Below, one piece after another: positions 57,888-64,000 of a stretch of DNA of 64,000 bases. Position 1 is the stretch's first letter, and every line of letters starts with the position of its first letter. The notes below the pieces were generated by a model that was not told the DNA's origin, made no database searches, and worked only from the letters and a program-made list of their open reading frames with translations. The stretch is from Candidatus Falkowbacteria bacterium (lineage in GTDB: Bacteria; Patescibacteriota; Patescibacteriia; Patescibacteriales; UBA12465): assembly GCA_016432645.1 (NCBI GenBank), contig CP066698.1, positions 517,062-581,061 of the forward strand, in the 5' to 3' direction. A program made the translations under genes and the position numbers.

Positions 57888-59057
57888 ATGAAAGCTAAAA
57901 ACAAAAACCAACACGAAGGCAAAGAAATTCTAGAGGGCTCGCGCGCCATTGCCTTAACAATTAATAATATCGGACCGGAAGTAGTTTCTGCTTACCCAAT
58001 CACTCCGCAAACTCATATTGTTGAGGACCTAGCCAAGTTTAAAGCGAACGGCCAAGCTAATTTTGAATATGTGCGTGCCGAAAGTGAATTTGCCGCCGCT
58101 TCAATCGTTCTTGGTGCCAGCGCTGCTGGAGCGCGCGTCTACAGTGCCACCAGCTCCCAGGGTTTATTACTCATGGCCGAAGTTTTATACAATATCTCCG
58201 GGATGCGCTTACCGATAATTATGACCTGCGCTAACCGCGCTATCTCTTCTCCTATTAATATTTGGAACGATCATAGCGACGCCATGTCCGTGGCCGGCAG
58301 CGGCTGGCTGCAATTCTTTGCCGAGAATCATCAAGAAGCCGTTTACCAGCATTTACTCGCTTATAAAGTTGCCGAAAAAACAAGCTTACCGGCGCTCGTT
58401 AATGTTGATGGTTTCATTTTAACTCACTCCTACGAACCGGTAGCTATCCCGGCTAAAACTTTAATTAAAAAATATTTACCGGTCAGAAAATTAGAACCGG
58501 GAACTTTTTTGGATACTAATAACCCGGTAACGATGGGTGGATTTTTCTCGCCTAATGATTATTTGGACACCAGAAAAGATATCTGCCAGGATTTTAATTC
58601 TAGTTTAGCAATTATTAAAAAAGAATATCTTAATTTAAAAAAAATATTTAAGCTTAAAGATAATGGCAACGGATTGCTTGAATATAGCGGTGCCAAAAAA
58701 CCAAAAATAATTTTAATCGCCATGGGCTCGCTTGCGGGGACCATTAAGGAGACCTTAAAAAAATATACTGACGTCGGCTTATTAAAAATAACAACTTTCC
58801 GGCCCTTTCCGGCTGAAGAAATAAAAAAAGCGGTCAAAGGCTGTTTAAATATTGCCATTATTGAAAAGGCAATCAATCCCGGCAGCGGCGGTCCTTTATA
58901 TTTAGAAACTAAAGCAGCTATCTACGAATTGGGGAAAATAAACATTCAAAATTATATTGCCGGTCTAGGCGGGCGCGACATCAGCCAAAAACAAATAGAA
59001 AAAGTGATTAAAGAAATGCGCGGACGAGCGCAAAACAAAATAAAATTTGTTAATTAA
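57888..59057 (+). CDS. porA: Pyruvate:ferredoxin oxidoreductase alpha subunit
   Basis: AYPITPQT, ESE, ATSSQG, GLGGRD. Confidence 0.92.
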   Translation: MKAKNKNQHEGKEILEGSRAIALTINNIGPEVVSAYPITPQTHIVEDLAKFKANGQANFEYVRAESEFAAASIVLGASAAGARVYSATSSQGLLLMAEVLYNISGMRLPIIMTCANRAISSPINIWNDHSDAMSVAGSGWLQFFAENHQEAVYQHLLAYKVAEKTSLPALVNVDGFILTHSYEPVAIPAKTLIKKYLPVRKLEPGTFLDTNNPVTMGGFFSPNDYLDTRKDICQDFNSSLAIIKKEYLNLKKIFKLKDNGNGLLEYSGAKKPKIILIAMGSLAGTIKETLKKYTDVGLLKITTFRPFPAEEIKKAVKGCLNIAIIEKAINPGSGGPLYLETKAAIYELGKINIQNYIAGLGGRDISQKQIEKVIKEMRGRAQNKIKFVN

Positions 59058-59058
59058 T

Positions 59059-59895
59059 ATGAGAACTAAACTGCCAAAATTAGTAATTAATTTAAGTTTT
59101 GGGATACTGGTCTTTGCTTCCCTATTATTACTCCCGACAAGCTTGGCTCTGGCGGCGGATGCCATTAAATTTACTCCGCAGGTGGCTGTGCCCGGATTTG
59201 CGACTGGAGCGGTTGATGTCGGAACGACTGTGGATGGCAAAATGACCAGCGATTTATTAGCCCGATACATCAAGGTGATGTATGATTACGGCCTAAAGGC
59301 TGCGGGAATTTTGGCGGCGGTTATTTTAATGGGTGGCGGTGTTATTTGGCTCACATCGGCCGGCAACGAATCAAAAATCGGCCAAGCCAAAGAAATGATT
59401 GTCGGCGCTATTAGCGGCTTGGTAATTCTATTCAGTGCTTGGTTAATTTTAAATACGGTTAATCCGGCGCTTTTAAGTTTAACACCAATGCAATTATCAG
59501 ACGCCAGCGGCATGGTTGGTTCTTGTTGCCAATATCCAGGAGTTAAGGCTGAAGTCGGCATACCTAAAGCTGATTGCGAAGCAAATAGCGGTGTCTATTA
59601 TAAACAAGCGCAAATAATAAAAAGTAATTCCGGCGATACCGCCTTCTGCGCTGATACTGGTTGTTGCCGCTGTAAGGTTGGCGGGGGATATACAACTTTA
59701 TTTCTATCTAATACTGAATGTGCCGACTTTAAAAACAGTAACAATAAAATAACTCCGGAAGTCTGTGAGGCTGGATGTCAAGCCGCTGGTGAAGCCATGG
59801 ATGTTTCTTGGGAATATCTATTCTCTTGGGGGCAAGTATGTAGCGCCGATAATGAGTGTGTTTGGAGCTCCGGAGGCGTAGGCGGAGAATGGTAA
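59059..59895 (+). CDS. VirB2/TrbC-like pilin with Cys-rich C-terminal extension
   Basis: Signal peptide; GGVIWLTSAGN...AKEMI..AISGL....AWLILNTVNP pilin-like core. Confidence 0.7.
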   Translation: MRTKLPKLVINLSFGILVFASLLLLPTSLALAADAIKFTPQVAVPGFATGAVDVGTTVDGKMTSDLLARYIKVMYDYGLKAAGILAAVILMGGGVIWLTSAGNESKIGQAKEMIVGAISGLVILFSAWLILNTVNPALLSLTPMQLSDASGMVGSCCQYPGVKAEVGIPKADCEANSGVYYKQAQIIKSNSGDTAFCADTGCCRCKVGGGYTTLFLSNTECADFKNSNNKITPEVCEAGCQAAGEAMDVSWEYLFSWGQVCSADNECVWSSGGVGGEW

Positions 59896-59910
59896 TCATT
59901 TTAAAAAATT

Positions 59911-60789
59911 ATGAAAACTAACAATATCGAATACAAAAAACTCGCTCCCGGACATAATGCTTGTTCTGGTTGCGGCCAATTATCTGCCGTCCACGCAGTG
60001 ATGCGCGGATTAACTAAGGATACCATTATCGCGAACGCGACCGGTTGTTTAGAGGTAACCACAACTGCCTATCCGCAGACCGCTTGGGGTCTGCCCTGGA
60101 TTCATTCTTTATTTGAAAATGCTTCTTCAGTCGCTTCCGGGATTCAAGCGGCTTTAAAAAATCGCGGCGACAATCAAACTAAAGTTTTAGTTCAAGCGGG
60201 AGACGGCGGAACTTTTGATATCGGACTAGGTCTAGTGAGCGGTATGTGGGAAAGAGGCGAAAATATTCTTTATATCTGCTACGATACCGAATCATATTCT
60301 AATACCGGCATTCAAGCTTCCGGCTCCACTCCTTATGGCGCCTCTACAACCACTACCCCGAGCGGCGCCCAGTCTATTGGATCTAACCAAGTAAAAAAAG
60401 ATATGATGGCTATTGCCTTAGCTCACGGCTTAAAATATGTCGCCCAATCGGCCGCCGGCTTTCCAGACGATATTACCAACAAAGTAAAGAAAGCTTTGGC
60501 TACTCCTGGACCTTCTTATATTCAAATTCTCAGCCCCTGTATCCCCGGTTGGGGCATCGGTTATGATGAAGCGGCGATGATGGGTAAATTAGCGGTTAAA
60601 ACCGGATTATATCCCCTTTTAGAATACACTGACGGAAAACTAAGCGCTTCCAGCGTCAACGCTAATTTTAAAGCTGAACCGGTTGGTTCTTATTTAAAAA
60701 CCCAGAGCCGTTTTAAACATTTAAATGACGAGGAAATAAACCATATCCAAATGCTAGCTGCGGAAAATATAAAAAAATATCAAATTTAA
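59911..60789 (+). CDS. porB: Pyruvate:ferredoxin oxidoreductase beta subunit (TPP-binding)
   Basis: CSGCG, GDGG, YSNTGIQ, SPC. Confidence 0.92.
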   Translation: MKTNNIEYKKLAPGHNACSGCGQLSAVHAVMRGLTKDTIIANATGCLEVTTTAYPQTAWGLPWIHSLFENASSVASGIQAALKNRGDNQTKVLVQAGDGGTFDIGLGLVSGMWERGENILYICYDTESYSNTGIQASGSTPYGASTTTTPSGAQSIGSNQVKKDMMAIALAHGLKYVAQSAAGFPDDITNKVKKALATPGPSYIQILSPCIPGWGIGYDEAAMMGKLAVKTGLYPLLEYTDGKLSASSVNANFKAEPVGSYLKTQSRFKHLNDEEINHIQMLAAENIKKYQI

Positions 60790-60790
60790 T

Positions 60791-62380
60791 ATGAGAACCA
60801 AAAAAATATTTTTCAGTCTGTTGCTATTAATATCAGTCTTTTTTCCAATCGCCTTTGTCCAGGCCGCTGCTTGCACGATTAGAGAGCAGCGAACCGCTAC
60901 CATGGCTGGTGTGGCTTCGGTACCTGCTTGTAATGCTCAATTAGGAGAAGTCCAATCGGATAACAGCAATTGTCCCGGCATTAAAACTAACATTAGATAC
61001 GCTATCGGGGAAAATATTCAAGACGTCTGCTGCTGCGTAAAAGAAAGCAGCGAAACCGCAATCAGCACGGTACCCAAATTTGAAATACCCGAGCTCCAAA
61101 TAGACCTGCCAGGGTTGAATCTTACTCAGCCACAATGTACCCAGGGCGGCGATGGTGAATATACTTGCAAGGTAAACTGGCTGGGTGAATATTTAAATTG
61201 GATTTATAATTACGCTATTAAAATTGCTGGTATTCTAGCGGCTGTGATGCTTATGGCTGGCGGTCTGCTGTGGCTTGTCTCCGGGGGCGACGCCGGCAAA
61301 GTTGGGCAAGCTAAAGAAATAATTATCGGCAGCGTTACCGGATTAATCATCTTGATGAGCTCTTATGTTATTTTGGTTCAAGTAAACCCCAGCTTAGTGA
61401 AATTTCCGGCAATTACTTTAGGAGCCCTCAGCAATCAAGAAGTCACCGAATTAGTTAAATCAAAAGACTCTGGCGGCGCCAATACATATATGGGCGCTGG
61501 CTGCGCTACGGACGAGGAATTAAAGACTGGAACCACTTTTTATGCTACCGGTTATTGCCGACCGACTTGGGCCAATACCGATAAATTTTTCTGTTCCATT
61601 GCAATGAATTGCAGCTGCCCGGATGGAGTTGGCTTGGATACTTCCAAAAATTGCGATGATATTTATAAAACTTTAGCCAGTCAGGGGAAACACTATTCTC
61701 CCTGTAAGTATTTTCCCAAAGATACTGAATATTGCAATCACACCAAAAGCGGCTCCGCCCCTTATGACGGTTCTATCGCCGGCCCAGTTAATGATTGCTC
61801 GAATTTAAAACTCGGCGATCAGGTTTGCTTCAATAATAAAACCTACACTATTACTGACAGCGGCGGTTTAATTAAAGGCAAACGTATTGATATTTGGACA
61901 GGAGATTGCGGCGGAGTCTCCGCGGTAACTGGTGCCGGTATTTTAACTAAGGGGGAATGCGGCTCTAACCCTTCAATGATATTCCAATCAACATTTATTA
62001 CTGATGGCTGGTCTTTTGACCCCGGAATAATTAATCAGGCGAGCGATGCCAGCGCTGAATTGGGCCAATTATTAAACTGTATGCGGGCTCAACTGCCTAA
62101 TGGGATTGGGCGCATCTCCTCAATCAGCGATAGCAGTTACATTGGCAAGCTATATGAATGCAATGTTAGCAACTGTTCAAGGCCGCCCTGTGTTCATTCA
62201 TGCGGCTCCTGCCACTACGGCGGCGGCTTGTTAACCAATAAATCCTACGCAGTTGATTTTGGCGATGAAGGAAATATCGCTGCCTTAAGTGCTGCTGCTA
62301 AAGCCTGTGATTCCAGCGCCTATGTTTTAAACGAAGGCAACCATCTCCACGTCAGCACCTCTGCCTGTCCGCGACAATAA
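60791..62380 (+). CDS. Pilin-like protein fused to 3D-like and M15-like peptidoglycan-acting domains
   Basis: GGLLWLVSGG...AKEII..NP pilin core; ATGY...TDSGGLIKGKRIDIW; CH...AVDF...HLH. Confidence 0.65.
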   Translation: MRTKKIFFSLLLLISVFFPIAFVQAAACTIREQRTATMAGVASVPACNAQLGEVQSDNSNCPGIKTNIRYAIGENIQDVCCCVKESSETAISTVPKFEIPELQIDLPGLNLTQPQCTQGGDGEYTCKVNWLGEYLNWIYNYAIKIAGILAAVMLMAGGLLWLVSGGDAGKVGQAKEIIIGSVTGLIILMSSYVILVQVNPSLVKFPAITLGALSNQEVTELVKSKDSGGANTYMGAGCATDEELKTGTTFYATGYCRPTWANTDKFFCSIAMNCSCPDGVGLDTSKNCDDIYKTLASQGKHYSPCKYFPKDTEYCNHTKSGSAPYDGSIAGPVNDCSNLKLGDQVCFNNKTYTITDSGGLIKGKRIDIWTGDCGGVSAVTGAGILTKGECGSNPSMIFQSTFITDGWSFDPGIINQASDASAELGQLLNCMRAQLPNGIGRISSISDSSYIGKLYECNVSNCSRPPCVHSCGSCHYGGGLLTNKSYAVDFGDEGNIAALSAAAKACDSSAYVLNEGNHLHVSTSACPRQ

Positions 62381-62393
62381 AAATCTAAAAACG

Positions 62394-62424
62394 AAAAAGA
62401 CTCCATAAACTGGAGTCTTTTTTT
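62394..62424. terminator. Bidirectional intrinsic terminator
   Basis: aaaaagactcca/tggagtcttttt. Confidence 0.8.
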
Positions 62425-62440
62425 ATCACTTCCTAATATT

Positions 62441-62854
62441 TTAAATAGTCCCCTTATCCATTGCTTGATTAGCTAACCTATCCGCTTCCTGATTACGCTC
62501 CCGCGGAATATGAGTATAATTTATCTGTTTAAATTTTAAACTTAAGTTATGAATCTCCAAAAATAAAGGGGCTAAGTCTTTATTTTTTACTTTGTATTCC
62601 CGCTTCAACTGCTTAACCACCAACTCACTATCTAAATAACATTCTAGATCGCTCGCTCCTAAACTGGCAGCTTTTTTTAAGGCGGCAATTAAGGCTTTAT
62701 ACTCTGCTTGATTATTAGTGGCCACACCCAAATATTCTGAAATTTCAGCAACTGTCCGGTGCTCGGAATCATACAAAACCGCTCCAATCCCGGCTGGGCC
62801 AGGATTACCGCGCGCGCCGCCATCAGTAAAAATAATTATTTTTTCTAAGCTCAT
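62441..62854 (-). CDS. rnhA: Ribonuclease HI (archaeal-like type)
   Basis: TDGGARGNPG, TNNQAEY, DSELVV, NQEADRLAN. Confidence 0.9.
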   Translation of the reverse strand: MSLEKIIIFTDGGARGNPGPAGIGAVLYDSEHRTVAEISEYLGVATNNQAEYKALIAALKKAASLGASDLECYLDSELVVKQLKREYKVKNKDLAPLFLEIHNLSLKFKQINYTHIPRERNQEADRLANQAMDKGTI

Positions 62855-62869
62855 ATATTATAAACTAAT

Positions 62870-64000
62870 TTATTTTGCCGCTAAACGTAAATCAATAATC
62901 TTAAGCTGGGCCTCTCGGCGACCATTGAACTCGTTGACTTCTAAATAATAAACAATGTCTACCCGGTCGCCAATTTTAAATTCTTTATATTGTTCGGCTG
63001 CGCCAAAAGCCAGCGCCCAAAATCCTGATAATCGCAGCTTGATATGCTGATTATCAAAACCCATTAACGAAATATCCTCAACCAGCATATTATAACTTAC
63101 TAAACGCGGCTGTTGATTATTTTGGCCGAACGGTTCCAACTTACTAATTTCATCGGCCAAATTCAAACTAATATCTTCCGGCTTTAAAACAGCTTCAATT
63201 TCTAATTTAGGCACCAAACTTTTCCCGGCCAGCTCCCGAGAAACTAAAGCGCTTAATTTTTCCTTAAACGCCAGAAGCTTGGTTTCTGATTTTACCGAGA
63301 AGCCGCAGGCCATCGGGTGGCCGCCGTATTTATCAAGCTCTTCCGAACAGGCTTCAATCGCTTTAATTAAATTTAATTCCGGAATAGAACGTCCCGAACC
63401 CTTGAAAGAAACTTTTTTAGGAACTAATTTCTTTTGTTCGATATCAAATTCAGCCTCTTCAATTAATCTAGTAACAATTAAAGTCGGACGATAATATTTT
63501 TCCGCAATTCGTCCGGCCACTAAACCAATGACGCCTTCGTTCCAAATTTCGTCCTCACCGGCAATGCCGATAATAATATCGGGAATATTATTAATATCAA
63601 TTTGTTTTTCGACTTGTTCGCTTATTTCCTTAGTTATCTGCTGCCGGCTTAAATTACGCTGATTAAGTTCCTCGGCTAAAGTCTCGGCTTCGCTCGCCTC
63701 CTCGCAGGTCAGCAAAGCAAAAGCCGTATTAGCGTGGCTTAAGCGGCTAGCGGCATTAAGACGCGGACCAATTTGCCAACCGACATTCCAAGCTTCCAGC
63801 TTTTTACCGCCGTTAATTTTAGCCGATTTAACTAGAGCATTTAAGCCTAAACGTTTATTTTGATTAAGAATTTCCAAGCCCTTTTTTACGAGCAGCCGAT
63901 TTTCACTTAACAATCCAACCATATCGGCGATTGTCCCGACAGCAACCAAATCTAAACTTTTTTCCAAAATTAATTTCTTCTGACTCTCCGGCAAATTAGA
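62870..64000 (-). CDS. recJ: Single-stranded DNA exonuclease RecJ, 5'-partial
   Basis: GTIAD, PRLNAASR, GSGRS, GGHPMACG, EPFGQNN. Confidence 0.93.
   Translation of the reverse strand, partial: SNLPESQKKLILEKSLDLVAVGTIADMVGLLSENRLLVKKGLEILNQNKRLGLNALVKSAKINGGKKLEAWNVGWQIGPRLNAASRLSHANTAFALLTCEEASEAETLAEELNQRNLSRQQITKEISEQVEKQIDINNIPDIIIGIAGEDEIWNEGVIGLVAGRIAEKYYRPTLIVTRLIEEAEFDIEQKKLVPKKVSFKGSGRSIPELNLIKAIEACSEELDKYGGHPMACGFSVKSETKLLAFKEKLSALVSRELAGKSLVPKLEIEAVLKPEDISLNLADEISKLEPFGQNNQQPRLVSYNMLVEDISLMGFDNQHIKLRLSGFWALAFGAAEQYKEFKIGDRVDIVYYLEVNEFNGRREAQLKIIDLRLAAK

Noticed and set aside
1..64000. Alternative genetic code (TGA=Gly, as in Gracilibacteria)
   Set aside because: Long ORFs are intact under code 11, and TGA ends a gene at its expected C-terminus (ATP-grasp gene stop at 20345)

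Overview
Low-GC bacterial chromosome segment, most likely from a Patescibacteria (CPR/Parcubacteria-like) genome. This is inferred from gene content, AT-rich leaders mostly lacking Shine-Dalgarno sites, and tRNA-Arg(GCG); TGA is used as a stop codon. From left to right: (1) The right end of an inovirus-like prophage (pIII/pVI-like, Zot/pI ATPase, HUH Rep, large serine recombinase) abuts tRNA-Ser(TGA), and the recombinase ORF reads antisense through the tRNA. (2) Salvage/transport genes follow, with a candidate riboswitch-attenuator upstream of a YhhQ-type queuosine-precursor transporter, then two more tRNAs, recG and radA. (3) A PrgI/VirB4/VirB6-like cluster with a 2717-aa Cys-rich surface protein is split by a ~19 kb block. 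That block holds one stand-alone PEP-synthase-type ATP-grasp gene, six diverged proteins ending in a phosphohistidine swivel domain (two with N-terminal wHTH), phosphatases, a nucleotidyltransferase, metK/ahcY/adenosine kinase, and a Bacteroidota-style T9SS-CTD protein. (4) rsmA, leuS, xth, a DsbA-family gene, a pyruvate:ferredoxin oxidoreductase operon interleaved with pilin-like genes, rnhA and recJ end the window. The most novel signal is three dispersed copies (26.6, 27.8, 34.0 kb) of a non-coding two-promoter cassette. Each has a 67-68-nt tRNA-like RNA with alanine identity elements (G3-U70, A73), a T-arm and no conserved D-stem, followed by a separately promoted ~65-nt RNA. The 5' end of the second RNA is complementary to its own tRNA-like partner's variable anticodon-like arm, and this complementarity co-varies across the three copies.
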